A stretch of DNA of 50,280 bases from Sumerlaeia bacterium. GTDB lineage: Bacteria; Sumerlaeota; Sumerlaeia; SLMS01; JAHLLQ01. The position numbers were made by a program, and so were the translations under genes. The notes beneath the pieces were generated by a model. That model saw nothing but the letters and a program-made list of their open reading frames with translations. It was not told where the DNA came from and ran no database searches. Every line of letters begins with the position of its first letter. The first letter of the stretch is position 1. This document shows, piece by piece, positions 36,646 through 45,953 of the stretch. Where the stretch lies: positions 1 through 50,280 of the forward strand of contig JAVJSW010000044.1 in assembly GCA_040219255.1 (NCBI GenBank), in the 5' to 3' direction.

Positions 36646-38668
36646 CGTCGGGACCTCCCCCGCCGGTCAGGCTGACGTCGATCACCACGTCGCGGTTCTG
36701 GTCGAAACCCAGGACGCGCGCGCTCCATTTCCCTTCGCCTTCCGAGGTCAGAACGACCGAGTTTCCGCTCAACTTCTCTAACCCCAGGCTTTCGCTCTTG
36801 GCCACCTGGAGCGGCGAAGCCGGGTCCGCGAGGTCGAAGTCCGGTGTGCCCGCCTTCTCGCCGATCGCATACACCTTGAACGGATCGCCGCGGCGAACGG
36901 CATAGGCCATCCGAATGGCGACGCGATGGCGACCGGTCCCCGGATTGATTCCCTGTACGCGGAAACCGCCGGTCAGCTTGTTGACCTGATAAGGTGGAGG
37001 CGATTCGGGGAAATCGGCGGGCTCCAGCGTGGCCTGATGCGCCGCGTCGTCTTCGCTGACTTGCGAAGCCAAACTCCGGTCGGCAGCCTCCTGCTCAACG
37101 GGGTACTGGGGTTCGGGCGCCCTCTGGACCGAGAAGAAATCCAACAGGAAATTGCGGTCCGGTTCATCTTCCTCCGCCGCCTTCATGGCCTCGAGGAGGC
37201 GCGTCGCGCTTTGCTGGACGTAAGCGATCGTGTCTCCGGCGTAGGCCCATTTATCCTTCAGATTGCTCGAGTTTCGTCGCCATTCCGTGTGCGCGATGTT
37301 TTCCGCGTCGCCGAGCATTTCGCTCAGCGCCGCCTCGCGAACCAAGACGAGGCCGCGCGCACCCCTCAGGCGTCTCGTCCGCGTGCCGTGGGCTTCCGTG
37401 ATCACCAGATCGCCGCGCACGTAGGTCGGCCGGGTCGAGTCCTCGCAGCGTTGCAGGATCACGTGAAAGTATGTCTTGCGCTCGGCCTTCCCCTTAGGCC
37501 GCAGAGTCAGAGGCACCCTCAGACAGAGTGGCCGGCCACTCTCGAACCGCGTCCGCCAGCGCTCGAGTTGATCCTCCGGGAACTCCACGTCCTTCCACGC
37601 GGGCTTGTTGTTCGGATGCGGCGGAGCGACGAACCAGCCTTCCAGGTTCTCGCACGCCAGCGCCTCGCGCGACAGCGCGACCAACGCCCTCAGCTCCTCG
37701 CATTCGTCGGCCAATGGCGGCCGGTCGAGCTGGCTCGGCAGGCTCTCCCCGTCCAGGCGGCACGGATCGGCGCCCAAGTCCGGGGCCTCGACATCGACCT
37801 GCAGCGTGCCGCGCAATATCGGGTCGAAGTACTCCTGCGCCACCGCCAGCGCCAGGCGCTTGCCGGTGAATTCCAGTTCGGTGGAATCCGGCTGTCGTTC
37901 ATCGCACCAGCAAACCACTATCGAGAGTCCCAGATCCTCCGGCTCCCGTGCCAAGCCAAAGAGCGTTGAGAAGTCGCTGAGCGATGCGGGGTCGGAAAGG
38001 GGTAGCACGATCTCGCCCGCGTCATTACGCTCACCGAAGAAACCGTCCGGCCGGTACGCTTCACCATCGGGCAATTCGTGATGTTTCAGGATGGTGCGTC
38101 CCAACATCAGGCGCTCCGGCCCGGCGCCCGCGACCTCGCGCACCGTCAGGCCAAAAAAAGTCTGCCCCTGACTCGCCCGCGGAAAGACGAACTTGCCCAC
38201 GCCCCAACGCCCGCGACTGTCCTCGCTTTCCTTCGACGACTCGCCCTCGGCGCGAAAGAACGCGTAGAACGGGTTCGCCGTGTCGCGGTGGCGGTACTCT
38301 CGCACGTCGCCGTCGAGCCCCAGAGTCCCGAAATCCTCGAACACCAGAAACCGGCACCTGCCAGCCCTGCGCGGCGGATGCAGGAGGCCCGAGCGGTTTG
38401 CTTCAAGGTGCTCCCACAGCCCATCGAACCACGGCGCCGCAGCCACCTGCTCGGCCGTCAGTTCGCCAAGAGCCAACCGAACGCGCACCGGCCTCTTGCA
38501 GGCCGCGTCCAGCGAATTCTGAATCCCCTCGCGTACCAAGGCCCGCGCCGGCCCATCGACCGCGTCCTGAGAGAAAAACTCGCCCGCAATCGGGTCCCGA
38601 CTGACGTCGCTCGGACGGTGATTCGCGAAATGCCACAGTGCCTTCTTCATGGCTGAAGCTGTGTTCAC
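36635..38668 (-). CDS. GHKL (MORC/Hsp90-like) ATPase domain protein
   Basis: Bergerat-fold motifs LVREGIQNSLDA, EDFGTLGL and GRWGVGK; start may be at 38650. Confidence 0.8.
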   Translation of the reverse strand: MNTASAMKKALWHFANHRPSDVSRDPIAGEFFSQDAVDGPARALVREGIQNSLDAACKRPVRVRLALGELTAEQVAAAPWFDGLWEHLEANRSGLLHPPRRAGRCRFLVFEDFGTLGLDGDVREYRHRDTANPFYAFFRAEGESSKESEDSRGRWGVGKFVFPRASQGQTFFGLTVREVAGAGPERLMLGRTILKHHELPDGEAYRPDGFFGERNDAGEIVLPLSDPASLSDFSTLFGLAREPEDLGLSIVVCWCDERQPDSTELEFTGKRLALAVAQEYFDPILRGTLQVDVEAPDLGADPCRLDGESLPSQLDRPPLADECEELRALVALSREALACENLEGWFVAPPHPNNKPAWKDVEFPEDQLERWRTRFESGRPLCLRVPLTLRPKGKAERKTYFHVILQRCEDSTRPTYVRGDLVITEAHGTRTRRLRGARGLVLVREAALSEMLGDAENIAHTEWRRNSSNLKDKWAYAGDTIAYVQQSATRLLEAMKAAEEDEPDRNFLLDFFSVQRAPEPQYPVEQEAADRSLASQVSEDDAAHQATLEPADFPESPPPYQVNKLTGGFRVQGINPGTGRHRVAIRMAYAVRRGDPFKVYAIGEKAGTPDFDLADPASPLQVAKSESLGLEKLSGNSVVLTSEGEGKWSARVLGFDQNRDVVIDVSLTGGGGPDDGS

Positions 38669-38778
38669 CTAGCCGCGCCGGGCAACGGGAAACCGCCGGG
38701 ATGCCGCAGCCAAATGAGGAGACTCGCAGACCGGGCGCCCGAGCCACCCTCGGCTTGCCGGCCGCCCCCGCCCCCTCA

Positions 38779-39828
38779 TCAGCCCCCAAAGACCGCCGCG
38801 AGGCGCGGATCTTCCCGCAGCAGCCGTTCGACCTCGTCCATGTATCCCGGCTGCGAGAGGATGGTGTGGAAGTCCTGCTTGATGCCGGGCGCCCGGCGGA
38901 AGGCCTCGATCCATTCCGCGCGGTCGAGGGGGTCGTCCTGGAAGGCGGCCCAGAAGTTCGTTTTCGCGAGAACGTCCGCGATGGAATCGGTGCCTTGGCC
39001 CTGGAGGTGGCTGACGATGTAGGTGGCCACGCCGACCTGGAGCCCATGGAGCCGGGGGCGTTTGCTGAAGCTGTCGAGGGCGTGCGAGACGAGGTGCTCG
39101 CCGCCGCTGGCGGGTCGTGAATTGCCGCAAATCTCCATCGCCACGCCGTTCAGCATCAGCGCCGTCGCGAGTACCCGAATCCCCGCCGTGTCGCGCGCCG
39201 GGCTGGAGATGAACTGATGCACCGTGGCGTCGGAAAGCAGCGCCGCGAAATCGTTGAACGGCGTGCCGTCGGCATGAAAAGCCAGCCGCCAATCGTGGAC
39301 GGCGGTGATCTTCGACACGAGATCGCCCACGCCCGACCACCAGAGCGGGCGCGGCGCGGCGAGGCAGACCTCGAGATCGACGATGATGCCGGCGGGGATG
39401 CGGGCGCCGATGGATTTGCGCCGCCCCCCGACAGTCAGGCTCGCCTGCGGGCTGCAAAAGCCGTCGTTCGACAGCGACGTCGGAATGGCGTAGTAGGGCC
39501 GGTTGGCCAGCACCGCCAGGAACTTCGCCATGTCCAGCGCCTTGCCGCCCCCCAGGCCGATGATCGCATCGAAGGAGCCCGACAGCCCGGCGAAGACCTC
39601 CGTCGCCGCCTCCAGGCTCGCCTTCTCCGGTTCCGCCAGCTTGACCAATTCGATGCGCTCGCGTTCGAGCGACTCGACGGCGCGCTGGACGATCGGCTCC
39701 GGCAGCCCGGCGCTCTGCAGCATGACCACCTTTTTGCGTTCGGCGCGGCGCATGTAAATGCCCACGCGGTCGAGCGCTCCGGTCTTCATCCGCACCAGGG
39801 CGGGGATTGTGGGGCTCTGGTGCTGCAT
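38779..39828 (-). CDS. Glycerol-1-phosphate dehydrogenase-like (Fe-ADH/AraM/EgsA family)
   Basis: GGGKALDMAK, PTSLSNDG, GDLVSK, SRPASGGEHLVSHALD and LHGLQVG motifs. Confidence 0.85.
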   Translation of the reverse strand: MQHQSPTIPALVRMKTGALDRVGIYMRRAERKKVVMLQSAGLPEPIVQRAVESLERERIELVKLAEPEKASLEAATEVFAGLSGSFDAIIGLGGGKALDMAKFLAVLANRPYYAIPTSLSNDGFCSPQASLTVGGRRKSIGARIPAGIIVDLEVCLAAPRPLWWSGVGDLVSKITAVHDWRLAFHADGTPFNDFAALLSDATVHQFISSPARDTAGIRVLATALMLNGVAMEICGNSRPASGGEHLVSHALDSFSKRPRLHGLQVGVATYIVSHLQGQGTDSIADVLAKTNFWAAFQDDPLDRAEWIEAFRRAPGIKQDFHTILSQPGYMDEVERLLREDPRLAAVFGG

Positions 39829-40475
39829 CAGGCGCGGTGTCCTTCCAGCAGGCGGGGCACGATGTCCGACCATCGCGCATAGGGCTGGTAGGGCTCGCCC
39901 CGTTCGTCCAGCAGTTCCGCCAGAGTTCCCCGGGCAAAGCGCCGCTGCGGCGGCACCAGCAGCGCGGGCTCCACATCCGGCCGCCCATCGCCGGCGAAGG
40001 CCACCATCGCGTCGCGTTCCATCGCCGACCGCACGATGGCCGCCTTGTCGATGCCGTGCTCGCGTTCGAGAAACGGACTGCCGGTGGGCAACTCCATCCG
40101 CAGGGCGCCGCCTTCGTCGAACTGTCCGGGGTTCGAGTGAAACTCGGCCTCGATCCCCGCCCGCGCGAACAGCCTCTCGATGTACCAGGAGCAGCCTGCC
40201 GAGGCGACAATCAGATCCCATCCATTCCGCCTCAGATCAGCGATCGCCCCGGCGGCCCCAGGGTCGAAATCCATCGTGTCCAGCACCGCCTCGATCTCTT
40301 TGGGCGTCGCCCGGATTTCGGCGAAGATGCGCTTCAGCGCCTCGAAATGCGTGATTTCGCCGTTTTCGTAGGCGTGCCAATGGCGCATGGCGCCGGGCGG
40401 CGTGTGGCGCTCCGTCACCACGCCATAGAAATCGCGCTGGGTCATGGTGCCATCGAAGTCGGAGACGAAAATCAT
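39828..40475 (-). CDS. HAD-IB phosphatase (MtnX-like)
   Basis: SDFDGT, ASAG, IDK and GDGRPD motifs; TGATG overlap with the dehydrogenase start. Confidence 0.88.
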   Translation of the reverse strand: MIFVSDFDGTMTQRDFYGVVTERHTPPGAMRHWHAYENGEITHFEALKRIFAEIRATPKEIEAVLDTMDFDPGAAGAIADLRRNGWDLIVASAGCSWYIERLFARAGIEAEFHSNPGQFDEGGALRMELPTGSPFLEREHGIDKAAIVRSAMERDAMVAFAGDGRPDVEPALLVPPQRRFARGTLAELLDERGEPYQPYARWSDIVPRLLEGHRA

Positions 40476-40702
40476 GGGGTGAATCCTTGGGAGGGCTCCG
40501 GGAACGATGAGGCCAACCCGGCCCCGGCGCGAGCGTGTTTCAAGTCCTAGGGCATGACGGGGGGGAAGACCGTGGGTAGAGACAGGCGGATGACTATCCC
40601 GTTTGAATGACTGCCATGTGGCTTGAAGTTTCGGTTTACCTCAGCTTAGCTCTTCTTGACGGATTTTCCGGATGATGCCGCTGTTGTAGTGCTCGGGCAT
40701 TA

Positions 40703-41581
40703 GAGCGTGTCCGAAGTCCCAAAATCACCCCGCCAGCCCCCTCAGCAGCCTCTGGATCGACGCCACGTCGATCCACGCCTCGCTCGACGAAGGCAAGTGC
40801 TCGTAGTCTTTCGCCAGCCTTCGGCACCGGCTCAGCCACGCGATCGTGCGCTCCACAACCCACCGCTTCGCCGCCACCACAAACCCTTTTACGCCCTCCT
40901 TGCGTTTGACGATTTCAAGTTCCAGACCCACTTTTTCCGCCTCGCGCCGCAGCCTCTCGCCCCCGTAGGCGCTGTCGCCGTAAACCTTCCAAAGCCGCTC
41001 CCAGTCCCGATTTGCGGCCTGCGCGAAGAGCTCCACCGCCGCCACGCTATCGTGCTCGCGGGCGCTGCCGACAAGGCGCCCAATCACGCGCCCTGACATG
41101 TCGACGAGGATGTGACGCTTGCGGCCTTTGACCTTTTTGCCGCCGTCGAACCCCCTCAAAGGCCCCCTTTTTCTGTCGTCTTCACGGACTGTGAATCGAT
41201 GACGGCGACGGACGGGCTCGGCTTTTTCGCCTGCGTTTTGCGGCTCTGGCGGACCAGGCAGTGCTCGATTTCGCGCCAGACCCCTTCTTTTGTCCACTCT
41301 CGGAAGTAATGGTGGACGGTTTTCCATTTCGGCAGGTCGTGGGGCAGGAGGCGCCAAGGGCATCCGGCGCGGAGCTGGTACAGGATGGCGTTCACGATTT
41401 CACGGTAAGAGACTTGACGTTGCTCGGCTTGCGGGACATTCTCTCGCAGCACGGGCCAAAGAACGGCCCACTGCGCGTCGGTCAAGTCGGTGTCGTAACG
41501 GGAGCGGTCGGGAGCGTGAGAAGACATGGCGGAAGGTTGCCAAACCCAATGGCCTCAGTCAAAGGAAGTTCGGACACGCTC
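40703..41581 (-). mobile_element. IS5-family insertion sequence (IS1031/IS427-like), 879 bp
   Basis: 13-bp perfect terminal IRs GAGCGTGTCCGAA; TTA target duplication at 40700-40702 and 41582-41584. Confidence 0.95.
40725..41527 (-). CDS. IS5 transposase split over two frames
   Basis: ORF A has YDTDLTDAQW, GCPWRLLPHD and IDSQSVKT; ORF B has GFDGGKKVKGRKRH, GDSAY and RWVVERT; frames join at GAAAAAGGGGG near 41162-41172. Confidence 0.9.
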
Positions 41582-41607
41582 TTATATCACAGCCTTCAAG
41601 AACAGCG

Positions 41608-42708
41608 TCACTTAATAGGTACCCAATACCCGCTTGGGTGCAATGCTTCAGTTTTTCCTGTGATCCGGTGGGTCCTGACAAACGTCGAACTCTTGAACAC
41701 TTCGACCTCTCTGTAGCTATACAGCGTTGGCCACGCAATCCATGCAAAACACAAAATGCCTCCCAAAACCAAAACGCAGACAATCCACGTACGTCTGTCC
41801 GACTTGCGAAACTGGGCGGCAATCAGGGTGGCGACACAGAAAAGGACATATAATACCGCGATTGCCCCCAGGGGCAATAAAAAATACTTTGCGTAGTACT
41901 CTTCTGAGTCTTCCAAGGGCTTGAAGTAAAAGGATGCTTTTCGCCCCGCAATGAGCTGTCGAACTCTTGGTTTGTATGCATTTCTTTCGATAATCCTGAG
42001 GAAAGCGGAGTCTTTATTGAGCGCATGATAAAAATATTCCCTACCGTACTCCTCCGTAAAATCCAAAGGAATTTCAAAAAGAGTTTCTCCTTCTACCAAG
42101 ATGGCAGATTTGCCAAAAATCTCAGTGTTTGCAGTTTCAAAAAAATACTTTGTAAAATAGTTGTCCACAATCAACCCAACGGGCTTTCCCATCCAGTACT
42201 CGCCTTGCCCGAATAAGTCAAATCTTGGTAGTATAAAGAATTGATGCGAGTCTGTCATAACGGGAGTTACTAATAAATGTGTTTTTGTCGTTGAGTCGTC
42301 CTCTAAATAAAATGAACGAACCTTGGAGACTGTTCCGATTATTAGTACATATCTTTCTTGAGTCAATATATCTATCCGTCCTGGTTGCGAATGCGCCTCA
42401 TAGGCCATGCCTTTGAGAATTTGATTGTTTTTGTCCAGATCGACTCCATACTTGGCGATTATGTCCCTAAATCTCTGCATTTGCGCATTGAACTTTGAAA
42501 TCTCGGCATCTGCGTGCATCTGAGCCAAGTCATTCTCTGCCTCTCTGTTGCTGTTGATTGTCGCGATAACGTGCCAGACAAGTAGTGCCAAGATGAACAG
42601 GTACCATTTTTGACGACTTTTCGGTTCACTTGGCATGGCGGAGGAGTCCTCCCTAACTTCTGTCGTGGTGGTGTTTTGATGGGCGAGCATGGGAGAGGAC
42701 TCAGACAA
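41608..42708 (-). CDS. AT-rich hypothetical membrane protein
   Basis: 366-aa ORF with one N-terminal and two C-terminal TM segments; AT-rich codon usage. Confidence 0.65.
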   Translation of the reverse strand: MSESSPMLAHQNTTTTEVREDSSAMPSEPKSRQKWYLFILALLVWHVIATINSNREAENDLAQMHADAEISKFNAQMQRFRDIIAKYGVDLDKNNQILKGMAYEAHSQPGRIDILTQERYVLIIGTVSKVRSFYLEDDSTTKTHLLVTPVMTDSHQFFILPRFDLFGQGEYWMGKPVGLIVDNYFTKYFFETANTEIFGKSAILVEGETLFEIPLDFTEEYGREYFYHALNKDSAFLRIIERNAYKPRVRQLIAGRKASFYFKPLEDSEEYYAKYFLLPLGAIAVLYVLFCVATLIAAQFRKSDRRTWIVCVLVLGGILCFAWIAWPTLYSYREVEVFKSSTFVRTHRITGKTEALHPSGYWVPIK

Positions 42709-42949
42709 TAGGGTCAGTTAATGCGTTACGGCTGGACTCGAACGTTGGGGCTTCAAGATTCGCACAACGAACCCCGCCGGTCCCCCACTTTCTCTTTGCA
42801 ACGTCCGTAAATTCAAGCACTCGCGCGCGCGTGAGCGGGTCGTACGAATAGTACAGGAGCTTTAGCAGCCTCATCAGATACATGCTCCCAACCTCTTTGG
42901 CCGCGAACCAACGAATCATGTCGAGCATCTTCGTGTGATTGTATGACAT
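42701..42949 (-). pseudogene. Possible truncated Panacea/SocA (DUF4065)-like antitoxin N-terminus
   Basis: AAGGAGGAG RBS; KMLDMIRWFA...RLLKLLYYS resembles the KLLY helix of DUF4065 proteins, then similarity is lost. Confidence 0.4.
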
Positions 42950-43322
42950 TGCTATAACTCCTTCCTTGGTGTGTAAGCGCTGATTTCTAAGTCATGCGCA
43001 CCGCTTCACACAGGTTGTGCCCTTACTGCTACCGCCGTCAGGATAGGGCAATCCAAGTGTGACACACAGGAGTTCGCATGACAAGCACAAGATGAGAGGA
43101 CTGACGGAGAAATACGAAGGAAAACCAAAGAAAAGCCTGGGTGCATGGCGAGGAAAAATCTAAGCGCCGAGGGGGAACGCGGAGGTGGAGCCCAGCGTCT
43201 TTGTGGGCAGGTGCGAGGAAGAGAGGCCATCCGCCTCCAGCCATCACGACCTGCGCTCAGAACCCTCATTTTCTCCGTCTTTCAGGAGGAAGGGCTTCTG
43301 TGTCTAACTCTTGCGAATTCAA

Positions 43323-43399
43323 TGGCGATCCAGGAGGGACTCGAACCCCCGACCGTCGGAGTAGAAATCCGATGCTCTATCCAGCTGAGCTACTGGACC
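43323..43399 (-). tRNA. tRNA-Arg(TCT)
   Basis: GGTCCAG/CTGGATC acceptor stem, TCGGA/TCCGA anticodon stem with TCT, GTTCGAG T-loop, encoded CCA. Confidence 0.95.
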
Positions 43400-43560
43400 G
43401 CGGCGCGAAGCGGGTCGTAGTGAAGCCCGCGGGGCGCGGGCAGGCAACTGGAAATGTGGGAGGATTGGCGTCAGGCGAGTTACGCTTCGCCAAATTTTCC
43501 CCTTGCGCCCGGGCGATAGGAGGGCGAAAGGTGGGGCAATCCTTCTGAGTCCCATGTCCC

Positions 43561-45009
43561 ATGATTCGCCGCATCGTCCTGGAAAACTACATGGCCCACG
43601 AGCGCACCGTCATTGAACCGGCGGAGGGTTTGACGGTGCTCATCGGGCCGAACAATTGCGGCAAGTCGGCGGTGATCTCCGCCTTGGAAACGCTCTGCCG
43701 GGGCACGGACGGGGACTTCATGGTGCGCCATGGGGCGCGGTCCGCGTCGGTTACCGTCGAGACGTCCGACGGCCATGTCGTGACTTGGCGCCGCCAGGGC
43801 AAGTCGTCTTATTACGACGTGGACGGGCACGATCTCGGAACGACCGGCAAGAACAAGAAAGAAAAGCTGGAAAAGGTCCACGGGGCGCTGCGCCTCGATC
43901 TGGTGCAGGTCAACGAAAAGGACGCCGTGGATGTGCATCTGGCGCTGCAGAAGCAGCCGATTTTCCTGCTGAGCGACACGGGATCGCAGGCGGCGGGGTT
44001 TTTCGCCAGTTCGTCGGATGCGTCGAAGCTGCTGGAAATGCAGGGCAAGCACCGCAGCAAGGTGCGCGAGGCGAAAGGTCGGCGGCGGACGCTGGAGGAG
44101 GAGCGGCTGAGGGTGGCGGGGCAGGCGGAAGCGCTGGCGCCGCTGGATTCGCTGCGGCCGAGGCTGGAGGCGGCGCGAGACGAGCACGGGGCGATGGTGC
44201 GCGCGCGCGAGCGAGAGGCGGCGCTCGAGGTCTTGATTGGCCGGCTGGCTTTGGCGGCGGCCCGCGTGGCGGCGCTGGAGCGCGAAGGCGCGGTCCTGCG
44301 CCGCACCCAGCCCCCGCCGGAGTTGGCGCCGACGGCGCCGCTGGAGGAATTGCTGGCCGAACTGGAGACCTGGACCCAGCGCCGGAGGGCGGCGGAGGCC
44401 CGGCAGAAAGGCCTGGAGCCCTTGGCCTTGCCCCCGATCCTGGCCGACGACAGGCCTCTGGCGGGGCTGTGCGAACGCCTGGGTAGGGCGCGGCGGCGCC
44501 TGACCGGCTGCGAGGGCCTCGCCACCGCCTGCCGACCCCTGCGAGACCCGCCCGCGATCGCGGAGACGGTGTCGCTGGAACGTCACCTTGCCGCGCGCCG
44601 GCGCCTGACTGACCTGGAAACGCGGCGCGCGGGCGATGCGCAGGCGCTCGCGCCCCTGTCCGCGCCGCCCGTGCTCGGCGACGAAAGCCGCCTGGCGGCG
44701 GTCATTCTGGGCCTCCAACGCGCCGCCGCGCGCGCCGAGGCGCAGGAGGCGAAACAGCGCAGAATGGCTCATCTGCCCGGGCCTCCGGAACTCGCCGAGA
44801 CGCGGCCCCTGGAAGACTCGATCCGCCTTCTCGCGAAGGCCCAGGCGGCAGAGAAAAAAGCCGCCGCCGCGAAGGAAACGGCCAACGCCGCCGTAGGCGA
44901 AGCCGAAGCCGCCATCCGCCAATGGGCCACCGCGAACCCGACTTGTCCGACCTGCGGCGGCCCGGTCACGCCCGAACACCTGCTGCGGCACGGAGGGCCC
45001 GCCTCATGA
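43561..45009 (+). CDS. SbcC/Rad50-like N-terminal half (Walker A, coiled coil, zinc hook)
   Basis: MIRRIVLENYMAH, GPNNCGKS, probable Q-loop LQKQPIF and terminal CPTCG; no Walker B. Confidence 0.88.
   Translation: MIRRIVLENYMAHERTVIEPAEGLTVLIGPNNCGKSAVISALETLCRGTDGDFMVRHGARSASVTVETSDGHVVTWRRQGKSSYYDVDGHDLGTTGKNKKEKLEKVHGALRLDLVQVNEKDAVDVHLALQKQPIFLLSDTGSQAAGFFASSSDASKLLEMQGKHRSKVREAKGRRRTLEEERLRVAGQAEALAPLDSLRPRLEAARDEHGAMVRAREREAALEVLIGRLALAAARVAALEREGAVLRRTQPPPELAPTAPLEELLAELETWTQRRRAAEARQKGLEPLALPPILADDRPLAGLCERLGRARRRLTGCEGLATACRPLRDPPAIAETVSLERHLAARRRLTDLETRRAGDAQALAPLSAPPVLGDESRLAAVILGLQRAAARAEAQEAKQRRMAHLPGPPELAETRPLEDSIRLLAKAQAAEKKAAAAKETANAAVGEAEAAIRQWATANPTCPTCGGPVTPEHLLRHGGPAS
44314..44898 (+). 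repeat. Five 39-aa Pro-Pro helical repeats within SbcC-N
   Basis: Pro-Pro codons start at 44314, 44431, 44548, 44665 and 44782, exactly 117 bp apart. Confidence 0.85.
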
Positions 45010-45953
45010 CGCGCAGTTATTCCGGGCTGCTCGCTATCGGCGATCCGCATCTGGCCAGCCGCACCCCCGGTTTCCGCAAGGACGAGTACCCGGCGGCGAT
45101 TCTGGGGAAGCTCCGCTGGGCGCTCGATCACGCCGAGGAGGAAGGCCTCCTGCCGGTGCTGCTGGGCGACCTGTTCCATTACCCGCGCGACAACGCGAAT
45201 TGGCTTCTGACCGAGGTGATGCAGCTCTTCGCGGGCCGCGAGATCATCGGTATCACCGGCAATCACGATTGCAGCGAAAGCGATCTGGGGCCGGACGATT
45301 CGTTGGCGGTGGTGGTGGCCGCCGGTTGCCTGCGCCTGATCGACCGCGACGGGCCTTGGCTCGGCGAAATCGGCGGCGTCCCGATGGTGATCGGCGGCAC
45401 CGGCTGGAGCGATTTCAACCTGCCCAAGGGGTACGAACCGCACCCGCCCGGCGGCCTGGTTTTCTGGCTGACACACCACAACATCTGCTTCGGCGGTTGC
45501 GAGGAATTCCCTATGGAACCGCGGTCGATGCCGGGAATCGACGTGGTGATCAACGGCCACATCCACCGGCGTCTGGACGATATTCAGCGGGGCGAGACGG
45601 CGTGGCTCAATCCCGGCAACATCGCCCGCGTGGCTCGCGCCGAGGCGGTGCGCGACGCCAGGCCGGCGGTTCTGCGCATCGACATCGGCCCCGGCGCCCA
45701 ATGGAGCGCCCGCCACATCGAAGTCCCCTTCGCGCCCTTCGATGACGTTTTCCACCCCGGGCTGGTGGGCGAAGCCGAGACGTTTCAGACGTCCGCCTTT
45801 GTCCAGGGGCTCGAATCGCTGACCGCCTTCAAGACCCAGGGCGGCGCCGGATTGATGAAGTTCCTGAAGGACAACACCGGCGAAATGCCCTCGAGCGTCG
45901 CCACCGAAATTTTCGCCCTCGCGCGGGAGGTTTGCACCGATGAAGACATCTAA
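45006..45953 (+). CDS. Mre11/SbcD-like metallophosphoesterase nuclease
   Basis: GDPH, LGDLFH, GNHD, THH, GHIH and NPG motifs; ATGA overlap with the upstream gene. Confidence 0.9.
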   Translation: MTRSYSGLLAIGDPHLASRTPGFRKDEYPAAILGKLRWALDHAEEEGLLPVLLGDLFHYPRDNANWLLTEVMQLFAGREIIGITGNHDCSESDLGPDDSLAVVVAAGCLRLIDRDGPWLGEIGGVPMVIGGTGWSDFNLPKGYEPHPPGGLVFWLTHHNICFGGCEEFPMEPRSMPGIDVVINGHIHRRLDDIQRGETAWLNPGNIARVARAEAVRDARPAVLRIDIGPGAQWSARHIEVPFAPFDDVFHPGLVGEAETFQTSAFVQGLESLTAFKTQGGAGLMKFLKDNTGEMPSSVATEIFALAREVCTDEDI

